A DNA stretch of 63,263 bases, the filler included, from Dugesia japonica (taxonomy: Eukaryota): assembly GCA_001938525.1 (NCBI GenBank). It is 6 parts of 6 records of this genome, joined end to end, with 100 filler letters (N's around TTAATTAATTAA, not from the genome) between each part and the next. Parts side by side here need not be neighbours in the genome. Positions count along the whole stretch, not along the records: positions 35,630 to 43,908 come from MQRL01617983.1; positions 44,009 to 54,037 come from MQRL01511800.1; 4 more parts are not named here. One strand, 5' to 3'. The notes under the pieces were generated by a model. That model did no database searches and was not told where the DNA came from. It saw only the letters and a program-made list of their open reading frames with translations. Both the position numbers and the translations under genes were made by a program. Below, piece by piece: positions 39,701 to 52,865 of this stretch. Position 1 is the first letter of the stretch. Every line of letters starts with the position of its first letter.

Positions 39701-41917
39701 TTGAATATTAGCATCACAAATAGTCAATCAGGAAAATCATTCAGATGAAATCGAGTAATTTCTATACACTTTTACCGAGTAATAGCTGTCCTCTTATTCA
39801 CCCTGAGACTAATGCTAGTAAATTTATTGTTGAGTTTTATAGATAAAAGTTGGAAAGTTGCAATGATGGACTTTACCTTTCTATATTCTATATTTCCGGT
39901 ACATAGTAAGTCAAAATTGAATACATGACAGCAAAAAATATAATGAATGAAATAACTGTAACAATAAATAACAAGGAAAAATCAATTAGTGTTAATAAAA
40001 ATGATCATATTTATTATTTAATTTTAAAATTTAATTAAACCTGAACTTATTTTAATTAAAGAAGATAAACCTCAGATTAATGTAGTGTTCAACAATTACA
40101 ATATTTGAAAAAATTGAAAAAAATATTTTGTATTAAAAATAAAAAGTTTATATCAATATTTATAAATAACATGTAGAAAATAAATATATGTATATTTAAA
40201 AAATATAAATAACGAAATAATATTAATTAAATATAATAGTAATAATATTGATTAAATATAATATTAATAATATTGATTAAATTTATTAATTAATTGTCCT
40301 AATACGAATTTGAAATGTTTTTAAAAATTTTGTAGTTCAAATAAATTGTAAAAAACAAAATTATAAAAAATAAAATTTATTTAAAATAACATAAATTCTA
40401 TATAAATTTAAAAAAACACAAAATGAAAAATTTTTAAATAATTTTCACAAAACAATTTTAATAATTAAAAAAAAATTCTAAGTATAATATATCTACAATA
40501 TCTAAAAGACTTTTCTGTATTGATCAAAAAGATTTTTTAAAATTTTTTTCAGGTTATTTAAAAATAAAAAATTAAATTCCATAATTAAAAATAAAATAAA
40601 ATAAACCGATAAAATTAAAAGAATTTAGTAACAAAGATCTATTGTACTGAATATCTCAAGAAGCCAACATGTTCCTGAAGAAGACTATTGTCGAAAATTT
40701 TAACTTTTTTACAAATACCTTTTATTTTGATCGAAGCTTTTTCTTTATTTTAATGAAATAATAAATTGTTTCTCCAGCGAAATTAATAGCTTCTATAAAT
40801 AAATTAGATTTTGTTCTTTAGGTTTTGACTTTATTGCTTCAATATAATATTGTTTTAGATTATTTAGAAATTTTGGATCTTAGTTTATGCCTTCAATAAA
40901 CTCTTCCATTTTCTAATAATAAAAAGAAAATTATTAGGATCAATCCAAGTACTGGTAAAATGGTGCATAGCTGGTTGGGTTTACTACTTTATCTATAATG
41001 CAAAATTTTATATTAAAAATTTTATTTTGTATTAACATTTTTATTTCTGAGGGGAAAGAATTTGTTTCTGTTTGTTTCCTATTTTATTCTTATTTGTTTT
41101 CTGGTGAGGGAAGATTTGTTTTTGTTGAGGGATGAATTTTTAAATGATTTTTTTCGAGGCATTAAGCAAGCAAAATAGAAGGAAAGTAGTACTACCTTGG
41201 CTTCGATGCATCATTTTACTATTCGTCATGAATATCGTATATTTTATAATTTAATCAGACAATATGGCATCAGGGTTTTTATAAAATTTTCTTATCGATA
41301 TATGGGTTCTTTTAGGTAACAAAACAAATGTTAAATATATAGTAAAATATTTACTTACTATAGAAAGTAATACAATTTATTTAAAGAATGCTAAATTTTA
41401 TTAATTAGTCGTTGATAATTAAACTTATTATCATTGCCTTCATTGTGAAAAATAAAGACTTAATATTTCTATAGTCTAACAACAATAGCAATATGTTTAA
41501 TAATATGATTAATTAAGCCAACCTGAAGCCATTTCTAATACAGTTGCACCGACAGACCAAATATCTGCTAAATGATTATATCCTTCTTCACCAATAATAA
41601 CCTCAGGTGCCATATAATTAGGGGTACCACATTTTGTGTTTTTGAGATAATTTGATACTGTCCTGAGGAAACTGCTCAATCCTAAATCAGTTAGTTTAAT
41701 GACTCCTGTTTTCGCTAATAAGATGTTATCACCTATCGATAAATTTATATTAAACAAAATTAATTTTTAATAATTAACAACTTTTTATATCTCTATGAAT
41801 TATTTTAGAATTATGAAGAAATCTGACACCTTCCAAGATTTGTTTTGTGTATGATTTTATTGTTTCTTCTAAAAGAGGCTTGTTTCCATTTTCAGCGATT
41901 TTACCTCGAAGTGTTCC
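36703..41917 (-). CDS. STE/MAP3K-like Ser/Thr kinase, 3' exons (41917-41782, 41732-41523, 36887-36703)
   Basis: YTKQILEGVRFLH..IIHRDIKSDNILL..KLTDLG..CGTPNYMAPEV..ADIWSVGATVLEMASGKPP..DPIKRQDAETLLKSDFLK*, with in-phase GT-AG junctions. Confidence 0.9.
37111..37380. mobile_element. Penelope-like pLTR remnant as a ~208 bp palindrome with a hammerhead motif and a 14 bp TSD
   Basis: IR spanning 37113-37320. CTGACGA-agacaaggtc-GAAA-tatc at 37234. aaaatagaaaatag on both flanks. Confidence 0.65.
37228..37264 (+). ncRNA. Minimal type I hammerhead ribozyme motif
   Basis: Stem I caattc/gaactg (5 of 6 pairs), core CUGACGA, stem II gac/gtc, GAAA, AUC triplet. Confidence 0.55.
38131..38159 (-). mobile_element. 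Polinton-type terminus
   Basis: Minus strand reads AGTAGGTAGATAATGGCGCATCAGCCCAC. A related copy is at 38975-39003. Confidence 0.6.
39009..39711 (+). pseudogene. Polinton/Maverick rve integrase C-terminal half with chromodomain
   Basis: VERFNRTL, WVNVLPKLIHSYNHSSH..RPVDV, KYKVGDHLRIS, KWSDEAFQI, FYKQELQ, YRIETIIK..CVKW. Confidence 0.9.
39745..39905 (+). pseudogene. Polinton minor capsid (penton) N-terminus
   Basis: MKSSNFYTLLPSNSCPLIHPETNASKFIVE..WKVAMMDFTF resembles the FYxTLPSNS..N..F..WEVxLxE penton start. It lies directly after the integrase. Confidence 0.7.
40669..40703 (+). ncRNA. Minimal hammerhead-like motif (Penelope-type)
   Basis: gttc-CTGAAGA-agactattgtc-GAAA-attttaac. An inverted homolog is at ~37865-37925. 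Confidence 0.5.
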
Positions 41918-42511
41918 CTTAAATTAAATACAATTTAAATGTTTAACTTGAATAAATTTAAAATTTATATTAAATTTGATACAATTATTTACTGCTAAAA
42001 ATGGATTTTGGTTTTTAAAATTTATATTAAATTCATTTTAATTTTTTTATCCATAATTTTCTTATTTGCATCAATTTAATTATTTTTTTTATAATAAATC
42101 ATTTTATTTAAAATTTTTTTTATTTATAATAAATGATTTATTTTATTTTAAATATATTAATCGGTTGATGATTTTTTTCTAAGCTAAATAATGTTGAATT
42201 TAGTTAATTTTTGTTTTCCATATCATAAATAATTCATTTTCTTAAATTTCCCTAAAGCTAATTTTAAATTGATTTAGCATTTTCGAATTTTATTGTCGTT
42301 AAATGATATTAATTGGCACATATTTTTCCTTTCTAGTTATTTCATCTGTGTTTCTGTATTTTTCTTCTATTTTTGCTGCTCTAATTTCCGTTTATTAATA
42401 TATATTAGTAGGTAAACAGCAGATCATGACCATATCTATCCAGTTCCCAATAGATATCAAGTGTGGGCAAAAATTTTATATGTTTTCGTGATGGAAAAAT
42501 TTTATTATCCC

Positions 42512-42915
42512 AGTAAGTAGATCCTAGCGCACAGTAACACCCCAAGGTCAAGGTTAATTTTTTTCAAGGTGAGTGGTATAGTAAAATCGATTCTGATTGG
42601 TCGAAATTTTGAAGGTCAGCGGTACAGTATACTAAATATACTAGCATTCTCTCATGAACTTGTATCGTAAAATGATTCCTTCCCTATTAAAATCGCGATT
42701 AAAGGTAAAGTAGTGAGACAGGTCAGCACTGAACCAGTAACCTCCTCCACCTACCCAGGAAATATTTTTTGTCAATCTTTTTTTTCGAATTTTGATTTTT
42801 AATTTATTTTTTCGATTTTTATTTTCATTTTTATTCAAGGTCATCGAAATTTTTTTCTTCAACGTCAGAATTCTTTTTCAAGGTTATCAAAAACCTTTCT
42901 TTCAAGGTCATGAGT
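42512..42915 (+). mobile_element. Polinton-type terminus with subterminal (T)CAAGGTCA repeats
   Basis: AGTAAGTAGATCCTAGCGCAC start followed by about 7 AAGGTCA-like motifs. Confidence 0.5.
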
Positions 42916-45559
42916 AGCCCCATCAGATAGGGAATTTAAAAATAGGATAGGAATGTGTAATGAAGTTGTATCTTAAAATTATTCCTTCCACATTAAAAAC
43001 GCATTCAAAAAATTAATTATTTTGATCATGTAATAGATAAAGTAATTAATTTTGTATAGCTTTTCAAATTTCAGGTGAAGAACTCATAAAAAGTTATTAA
43101 ACAAAGAAATTTCAAAAAAATAATACATACAAAAAAATCAATTTTTTAGAAAGTAAACGTTTTAAGATACAAATTCATGGTACAATCGTATCTTACATTT
43201 TAATTTCCGATCAAATCATTAAATAAAATAAAAAGTAAATATTTCTTTGTTTAAGTTCTTTGTTATTTGGACTTTAAATTTTGACGAAAAAAAACATCTT
43301 TTTTGATACTATTCGTTTAGGTAATATAAAGGTGATTTTTAATTCTTTATCAAATTCTACAAGAAAAAGTTTTAAAAAATTAAAAATGGCGTCTGTATTC
43401 ATTTATTAAAACTACTTTGTTTATATACCAATTGTAGGTTAGTTTTTTTCATTTTATACGATCGTAAGTTTTAAAATAATTTTGCAATTTTATATTTTAT
43501 ACATTTTTAAATTATTTCTAATAAATTTAAAATTTAAATAGTTTTTTTTATTTCTATAGGATTTAAACTTCTTAACATATATTTGAAAAATTATTAGAAA
43601 TAAATTTTAGCAGAATAAAATATTTATAAGAGAACAATTTTTNNNNNNNNNNNNNNNNAAGATATTCAATATAATTGCTTGAATCTTTGTTTAAATAATA
43701 GACTAAATAATCTCATATTTTTCATTTTTGTCAGATGATGACGGTTGATACGTCGAAATATGTAACAATAAAATTTTATTTTAAATTACTTTTTTTGAAA
43801 AAATGTTTAATTGGTATCAGTCTTTGTAGATAAACAAGAAAAATATTTGTTTTAATATTTTGCTTAACAAACATTTCAGTCGAAATCTTTCGCTTCATTC
43901 TCTTTCAANNNNNNNNNNNNNNNNNNNNNNNNNNNNNNNNNNNNNNNNNNNNTTAATTAATTAANNNNNNNNNNNNNNNNNNNNNNNNNNNNNNNNNNNN
44001 NNNNNNNNCAAGATTGGTCACTTTAGGTAATTTTTGGGAGTTTTGGTGAATTATTTCCTCGGGATCGGTCAGTTTGGGATGATTTTTTACGAAAATTCTC
44101 GGAAAAAGTAGAATTTGTTTAAATTTTCAAGTTTTTTAAATTACTTTAAACTTTTGTGGTAAATCGGTGAAATTAAGTCATTTTTGTTTAAATTTTCAGA
44201 TTTTTAAAATTTTTAAATCAAATTTTTATAGAAATCCGGGAGAACATTCAAAATTTCGAAAATTTTTGTAAAAATATTTTGTCGAGATATTTATATCAAT
44301 CGATGGAGAATTCAATGGAGATTATTTTTCACAAATAAAAATTTTTCGAAAAAATTATTTCTCNNNNNNNNNNNNNNNNNNNNNNNNNNNNNNNNNNNNN
44401 NNNNNNNNNNNNNTTTTTCACAAATAAAAATTTTTCGAAAAAATTATTTCTCATCTTTACATAAAGTAACCATATCTATTAGATAAAAAATTCTTTGCTG
44501 ATTCCAGATATATAAACCTAAAATCGCCAAAGTTAATACCCGATGAAATAAATAAGGTTTTGTGGTAAAAAACCTTAAATTTTGAATTTTGGTTCTCAAT
44601 TTTCTCTGCGTACATAACTCGTATGGTTTTAAATTTGGTATTTTTTTACTCAGGAGGAAAAAGTGACTATGCAACATTAAAATATTGTCTCGGGAAAAAT
44701 GCTTCCTAACGAAGATATTTAGTTGTCATCTCGGATTTGGTAACTTTTTTGAAAATTGAAAAAGTATCTTTTACTGATTCCAAATATGTAAATATATACT
44801 CAACAAACCGTATAGATAATACGTTATATTGAAAAACATGTATTTCATTTTTTAGAGTCCGGGAGGGAATTATGAAATTTGGAAATGGTAACTCGAATTT
44901 GATAACATTCGATTTGACATTTGTTCTTTTTATTTTTATTGCACTAGTTGGTACATTTAAAACCATTATATGCTCATGTACAAATATTTTTCTCCAAATT
45001 AGAATATGATTTGATTCCTGGATAGTTAAAATATTTTATCAAATTAAAATATTAAAACCCAGTGGTTTATGTTTATTTGTTTATTTGTGTGGGATTCTCA
45101 GTTTTAAATTTTGTATCTCAAAACTAATGATACAGGTTAGTATTTATTCTATTGAAAATTTATTAAAGATTTAAACTTTTAATGAAAATAATTCAGAAAA
45201 TGACCAAGAAAAGTATACAGAAATTGTCAACTTCAATAATTATAAATTTAAAAATTTTAATGAAAATTGAAATTTTCAAATAAAATTAATATATTAAAAA
45301 GCAAAAAGTGTAGGTTTGTTATATAACAATATTATTTGTTATTATAAGATAAATGGTAGAAAATACTCATTCTAAAGACAAAGATGTTGATTTGGTGATT
45401 GGGTAAAGTTTTAATAACAAGGATAATAGGAATATTGATGATTGTGATAACCATAAGAAATGATTTTGCTATGGTTGCAAATATGTAGAAAACTAGAATT
45501 TAGTTAAATTTATTACGATAACCGAATCGCTATGTGCGGCTAGAAAGAACTTAAAAAAT

Positions 45560-45948
45560 CCTCTCAATAGATTGTTTATTTTTGTAAGTTATCTGGATTT
45601 CCATCTTTAAGCATTATCTTGATTGCAGCTTCGATTTTGATATATTATTTTTATTTTATAGGTACAGCTCCTGCAAATCTACTAAATACATCAATACACG
45701 TTAAAATATACTTGTAACCTTCATTAATTCTTGAATATGGGATCATTTTCATCAAACCCATTTGCCAAAAATCATCAATCCCATGTTTTATACGGTCTTT
45801 TTGGGAATCTTTTCAACATTGGCTTGTGTAGAATGTACGCTAATTGGTTCGCTAAACCCTCTTTTGATTCGCTTTTTGTTGCTTTCCATAGCTTTTCCAC
45901 TCCTTTAAACCCTACTGGATGTTTTGGGTCTGTCCATATTGTTTCCAT
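45560..45948 (-). pseudogene. Polinton/Maverick integrase N-terminal part
   Basis: METIWTDPKHPVGFKGVEKLWK..YILHKP..FPKRPY..GYKYILTCIDVFSRFAGAVPIK. Confidence 0.88.
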
Positions 45949-46009
45949 TACAACAGTTTGATATAAATTTCAGATAAACTCGTGACAATGACTCTAAATC
46001 ATCCATTGT

Positions 46010-46331
46010 TTATAATAAATTTGTTAATCCTAATGCTGCTAAAGCTATCGGTAATAATGAAGCAATGAATCCACCCTTTTGTTTATAGATTATTTTTCTC
46101 ATTAATTTCTTATTCTTTGTTTTAACAATTGCAAGCAATGGCTTTTTATGATGTTGTAAAATATTTTTTTTTATCTTGGTTGAGAAATACATTTCCTCAA
46201 AAAATATTAACAAAATTCTCTAATAAATCATCAATAAAAAACTTTAAAAAGGACTGTAACATTTTCATTGCAGACTCTTGTGGAGCTTTTAACAATAATT
46301 TTAAATAAAAAAGACTTTGTTGAAATACCAT
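46010..46331 (-). pseudogene. Small basic Polinton/adintovirus core-like protein with QKGG|F motif
   Basis: KKLMRKIIYKQKGGFIASLLPIALAALG, an adenain-type GG-F cleavage motif followed by a hydrophobic helix. Lies between the ATPase and the integrase. Confidence 0.65.
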
Positions 46332-46639
46332 AATATTTATTAATTAACAAATGATTAGATTGTTTATAGCTTGAACCACTTACCAATTGATTGAATCTTT
46401 ATATTTTCATTCTTCTTACTCCTTTTCTTCTTGTTTGCAATCTTTGGTTGTTTGGTGTTCGCAATATTTATTTGCTCTTTGTTTGTAAGCTATGATTGCT
46501 TCATTGATTGTCTTTCTATCGATTTCTTTATTTTTCTTTTTATCGACTTCTTAATCGCATTCTTTATTGACTTCATATCATTAGGAACAATATTATTTGT
46601 TATATTATCATAACATTTGTTATTTTTTATTGTTTATAG

Positions 46640-47238
46640 ACTGTAACACCGCTTGGATTGAAAATATCAGTTCGAACTCTAAGATCATCAGGATACCGCT
46701 GTGTAAAATCAAGAAAAATATAACCATGAGGCATCACTGTTGCATCTTTAAATGAATCCAATAGAAATTGCCGATTATTTGGCAAGCTAGAAAATCAACA
46801 ACAGTTTGATCTCTTGAATTTTTAAATATAAATAAATATTGAACATTTAAATTATGAGTTTTATGATCATAACCTTGATGGAATATATTTTGTTTAATAT
46901 ATATCACAGTAACACCAAAATGTCGTGATATTTTTGTGAATAAATTATTAAAATCCTTTTCCTTATTGACTTTTTTTATACAAATCATCAACAACAATCA
47001 CATAACCTGTTTTCAATCTCTTGCTCCAATTCTCATCAAATCCATTAATAATTGTCATTTTTATACTACAAAATACCGATTGAGTCAACTCATGTTACCC
47101 ATTCGCACCTATATGCCAATATATTTTATTGAATTTCAATTTGAATAAGTTTGATTTCAATAATTTACAAACAAAAAAATTTTTTCCACTAGCACTAGGT
47201 CCAACAATTTGATATACAACATCATTTCTTAATTCCAT
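46640..47238 (-). pseudogene. A32/FtsK-like DNA packaging ATPase (Polinton)
   Basis: Walker A IVGPSASGK, LFTKISRHFGVTVIYIKQNIF, LNVQYLFIFKNSRD, PHGYIFLDFTQ..DDLRVRTDIF. Confidence 0.9.
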
Positions 47239-48053
47239 TATAATTTATGCTTGTTTAAACGTATCAATTGAATTAAAATGCGTAATTTCCGTCAGCAACC
47301 CATTTTAGCAATGCTCGCAACAATGCAATTAATGAAAAATACTGATAATGTTATAGATAATATGTATTTTAGAAAATGAAATTCAACTTAATTAATACAT
47401 TTAGTTGATTTTAATTATAAACCTCTAATTGATGTAAAAAGTTCAACAGCTTTAATACCAGCACATATGCTATGAATAATATGCTTAAACAATTTATATT
47501 ATTTAGAACCTATTGATATATTAAATACTGTAAAACAACCAATTGATCGTGAACACGTGTTAAAAGAAAGTCAATTCGTATCGAAGCCAAGTGTTTAATT
47601 TTTTTCAAATTTTTTGAATAATTATTATATGTTTTTCATTTCAAATAAATTTTTTATTTTATTAATTTAACTCGTCATTTAATTTATACTGAATTATCGA
47701 CAGTAGATGCAGAAAATTTTTTGTATTTAAATTAATATGCAGTATGCTTATAAGATATATTATGTTGAGTGTTTTAGTAAAATTGAAAAAATGAAATTTT
47801 AAATTTGGCATTTTGAAACTCTTAATTCTATAACTAGAAATTACAGATTAACAAGTTAAATTTAACTTTTTATAACAAACTATGGATTAAAATTAAAAAA
47901 TAAAATAAAAATAATAATTTAAATTATTGATTTATTAGCAATATTTTGTATTAATCTTATTATTATGCTATATATTATTCATTTAATCCCTTTATCTTAC
48001 TCTTACACATAAACACGCACTTCGAATTTTCAATAGTAGATGCAGAAAACCTT

Positions 48054-48377
48054 GTGTTTGAATTAATATGCAATATGTATTTAACATATACCGATAACAA
48101 GCAAACTATTTTATTAACTGATTTATTATTATTATTTCTTGAATTAGCGAAGCAGATATTGAATGAAAGATTTCCAAAATTTCTTAAAGATTGTATGCGG
48201 CTGACCACAGAGGAATATTTTGATCATGTTTCGCGAACAACAGCAATAGACATAGATCGCATTATGGACGATTTCTACCTGGAACTTCAATTTGATTTCC
48301 CATGCAATGAAAACAAGACTCATTATGACATCTTAAAAGAAACTATTCTAAAGATAGAAGAAGACTTTAAAAACTAA
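48054..48377 (+). CDS. Hypothetical protein next to the Polinton block
   Basis: 107 aa open frame. YTDNKQTILLTDLLLLFLEL resembles YDEDQHILLTEILITLLEEL at ~4240-4300. Confidence 0.35.
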   Translation: MFELICNMYLTYTDNKQTILLTDLLLLFLELAKQILNERFPKFLKDCMRLTTEEYFDHVSRTTAIDIDRIMDDFYLELQFDFPCNENKTHYDILKETILKIEEDFKN

Positions 48378-49879
48378 GGTTTTATTAATAAATGTTTTCT
48401 TGGATAATTAGTTTCATTTATTTATTTTTATAATTAGCAAATTAATAAGGTTTTTATAAATAGTAAAATAATAAATGTTTCTTATTGTAAATAGTTTTTT
48501 ATTAAATATACTAATTATTGTAATAGGCAGGCAACACGATAATAACACAGCAACACATGCTTGGGAATTTTAGACAGCCCGGAACATATCAAAATTGCCT
48601 CATCTAATACATAAATATCAAGACTGTCCAAGCATACATCTATAAATTAGAATTCGTAGAGTACGAAAAATGGACAAGAGAATTGATGAGATCGAAAGAG
48701 ATGATCAAATGGAAATAGGCGAGTGTCCGGTCGTATATTTATATATAAAATACTAATTTATAATTAAAATTTATAACAAAAATGAATTTTATTATAATTC
48801 TTAATAAATTAATATGTAAATTGATATGATTAAGAGAACTTTATGAATTAAACGCTTCTAATTATCATAATAACCTCATCATGTAGCTTCATAATCAGTG
48901 TTAACTTGATTTATTTTAATCAATTAATCAAATTTTCAAACAAAAATTTCAGAGCACACCACTTGTTTACATATGGAAGATAAATCTTTTAGTTTACGTC
49001 ATAATATAAGCATGGAACAATTATTTTACCATAGTCTTATTTTTTATAAAAAAAATGTTCTTATTTGATAAATAAACTTGAAATCGTTATTCCAAAACTA
49101 ATAATAAAATTATGCTCAGTAAGTTAAAAGGTTGTGTAAAACAAGTTAATATTCAAATATCTTTGCAGAATAAATTTTCAAAATAAATATCTCATTTTTC
49201 ATTTTAGTTGAAGTATCAATATCTAAATATGAAATATCTAAAATCTTTATAATAGTCCTTTGTAATGTGTGTTACATTGTATTCTAAAAGAAACTTATTT
49301 CCTACTTTTTTTATTTCTTATTTTATTATTTTTATTATATCTAAATTCGGTCATGTTACCAATTGGATTTTTTTCCGGTAAACTTATTCCAGGTAACTGA
49401 TTATTTCAAAGACATGTTCGTGGTACACATTAATTTTGCTAAATGATACAAATGTTTAAAATCAATAAATAAATGAATGTTTAGTTGTTGTCGTTAATGC
49501 AGAGGTTAATAAAGTTCATAATTCTTTTGAAAACAATGAGTTTAGAAGAAATATTTAATTGGAAATTTATCTAAAATTGATTGGAAAACAAATATTTTAT
49601 TTTTAGACCTTGTCCTAGTTTGTTTTATAACTTCGGTAAACAGTTTTTATGTAAATTATCGGTTGATATCTAGACAAATAATTTTTTAAAAATTAATTTT
49701 ATTTTGACAAACGTAGTAAAGTAACTAAGAAATTTTATTTCAGAGATTCGCTCGTTTTTTAATTTTTATCCATAATATTTAAGTGATCATGCAAACATTT
49801 TTTTTATATTTATATTCATATTCATTTACTAATTTATTGATTTATCCATAGGAAATTTATTAAATTATTCAAATAAAAT

Positions 49880-50000
49880 GCTTTGAAGTATTCAAAGACG
49901 GAGATAATCAAAGTTTCTTAGGAATTAGTAATTATTACAGAAAATTCATAAAAATCTACGCAAGAAAATCAATAATCTTAGAGTAGTTATGTAGCGGACC
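49880..50000 (+). mobile_element. Gypsy RT/RNase H connection fragment
   Basis: SFLGISNYYRKFIKIYA. Confidence 0.6.
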
Positions 50001-52724
50001 AAGCAACCGTTTAATAAGGCATATTAAAATTTTCATTGTCATTATAAATTTCATGAATTATAATTTTCAATAAAAAACGTTTTATTTATTTATAAAAGTA
50101 ATCAATTGTGTTTAAAATTTCTAATAAATTTACAAATTTGTATTTGAAATTTTTTCTAATGTATTACCAACATTTTTTTACTATCTGCAAACAAAATTAG
50201 TTAAAGTAGGTAGATTATATATTTTAGTTTTGTAAAAGGTTGCCCACTCCTGGTATATATAATGATAAATAAACAACTTAAATATCATTTATAATTAATG
50301 CCTAAAAACAAAGATAACATTATTCTGCTGCCAGTTAACTTGGAGCAGAAGCTAAAATAATATTTGGAGCAAAGTAGTCTTAAAGAAATGATTCGATTAA
50401 AATAAAGCTAGTGTAGTAGTTAATATCTGGTGAGTAAAATTTGTTAGTTAACATTGGAACACAATAACTACATGATATCAGATATGATAAAGAGGTACCC
50501 AGACAGATCATTCTGTTTGCGAACATAGCTTTGTTGTAAGATTTTCGACAGTGTAAGAGTATATTTAATATCTTTATTACCATTTATAATTAATTTAACC
50601 GTATTTAATTTTACATTTCTATTTGAAATATTGCAACTCGTTCAATTCTTTACTGACTCGAATGTGAGATAATCCTCTAATTTGACCAATAGAAAACAAT
50701 CCGTTCAGTCACATTCGAATACGCTTGATCCTGATTAGAAATTTTTTATCTTCTTATTTCAAATTTGTTTCGTTGGAATTTCTATTCAATACAAATCGGA
50801 ATTTATGGAGAACTTTTTCATCGTCTAATAAAACAGTTCTCGTCGCTTTTAAAGAATTCTGCATACATAGATCCTTCTGTAGATTGACTTATTGAGCAGT
50901 TAATCATATTCTTTTCCACATTCGTTATGAAAGCAATAAATAATATTGCAACTCATTGAAATTTTCTTCCAAAAATAAATTTTCTTCCAAAAATAAATTT
51001 TCTTCCATTAATAAATTTTCTTCCATTAATAAACCCCACATTCGATGTTAATTTTATTTCCTTCATTAGAATTATCACTTCAATTGTTAATTAAAATATT
51101 TTTACGGTGATTTTTATTGAAAAACTGAACAGTTTCAACAATGAAAAGAATTTTTTTCACTAAAGAAATCGAAATAAAACACGGAATATTTATCTTATTG
51201 ATTTTGAAACTTTCAACTGGTTTTCTTTTATTTTATCGAAAAATCAAATTAGTAAATAGTAAAAATGATAAATTAAATAAATATTTTATAATAAAAATTA
51301 ACCTTATTTTATATTATACTTATTTTATATTAAATTATACTTGTTTGTATTTTATTATTATTTCCATTTATTTCCTCGGAAATACGTTTTGGCGATTTTC
51401 ATCCTTGTTATTCTTACTCAGCATAAAATATTTTCTGTATTGAATAGATGAGATGGGTTGATGATAAAATTTGAAATACTTTTTATTCTGATAGAAAAAT
51501 CGATGTGAAATATTGAAAAAACCAAAAATGACCCCCGTAAAATTCTTAACAGATTGGTATAAAAGTTTTAGAAATTTGAGCATTGAAATTATAATAGTTT
51601 TGATAAACTTGGACTGTCCACTCAAATGAAAAGTCCCATGAAAATTTGAATTATTATTTGTAACAAAAATTTTGTTTATTGAGAAAATTATTTTTTTGGT
51701 AAATATTCACTTTTTTAAAATTTTTATCAATATTGATCTCTCTGAATGATAAAATTAAATATTATTTTCAAAATAAAGAAAATAAACTAAGGCTGCTGAG
51801 ATCAAAATTAAATGTTTTTAAATATTTTTTTTATTAAGGTTAAAAATTTAATTTATTTCCCAAAATAATGTTCGAGAGTTGTTTTGATTGATTTATTTAA
51901 TCACAACTTTTGGAAGAAGATCAAATTAAAAATTGGGTAGAAGAAAATTAAAAAAAACATTTTTGATCTTAGTTAAATTTCTTCATTTTGAAAATATTTA
52001 ATTTTTTTTTTAAAAAATTAAATATTTAAACAATGGACTTTTCCACTGGATTTCCGTGAAAATTAATTAAAAAAATTATTAAGTTTAGTAAATGTAAGCC
52101 AAAAAGGATTAATTTCACTTTATTTGAACTAAAAAATTAATTTCCGATCGTCGATTACATAATAAATGAAGTAGTTATTTTCATATCGCCCATTCCACAA
52201 TGAAAAATTCCTCGATCCGTCACTGCTTATATGGATTTCAGGCGGTTTTTATGAAGATTTATTTACTCTTACAGGTTTAATATGGTATTTTATACTGTAA
52301 TTTTAACTTATATAGGCGTTTATATAGGATTTATAGAATCCAATAAACCTGTTAAACTCAACACATTTTAGACAATCTATAGGTTAAACTCGAGGTCCGG
52401 TCAATTCACTCTTCAAAACCGAAAGTTCAAACTACATACAGAAATGTCAGCCGTATAAATAGAATTAAATTCATACCTTCAGTCCGCAACATTCTATAGA
52501 ATCTACTTACCTGTGTGAAATCCTTTGGATCTCTCAATGGTTCAATTCGAACACTGATGTTCCTTCAAAACATCAAGAATAAAAATAATTAATAAAAATA
52601 AATAATATTAATAAAAATTATTCACTTTTTTAAAATTTAAACCATTGATAAAGATAACTTTGAAGAAGTTAAAATCGAAAACTTGGGAAAAAATATAAAT
52701 TTTAAAACATTTTTTGATCTAATT

Positions 52725-52865
52725 AATAAATAACAGAAAATTAATTAATTAATAACAGAAAATTAGTTAAATAATAACAGAAAATTAGTTAATTAATAAC
52801 AGAAAATTAGTTAATTAATAACAGAAAATTAATTAATAAATAACAAAAAATTAATTAATTAATAA
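52725..52865. repeat. Tandem repeat, ~22 bp unit aattaataacagaaaattagtt
   Basis: About 5 adjacent copies. Confidence 0.75.

Noticed and set aside
50300-50583. Possible GPCR pseudogene (hydrophobic, LAAE*C); similar hydrophobic stretch at 6481-6681
   Set aside because: Too degraded and too short to support without a profile search.
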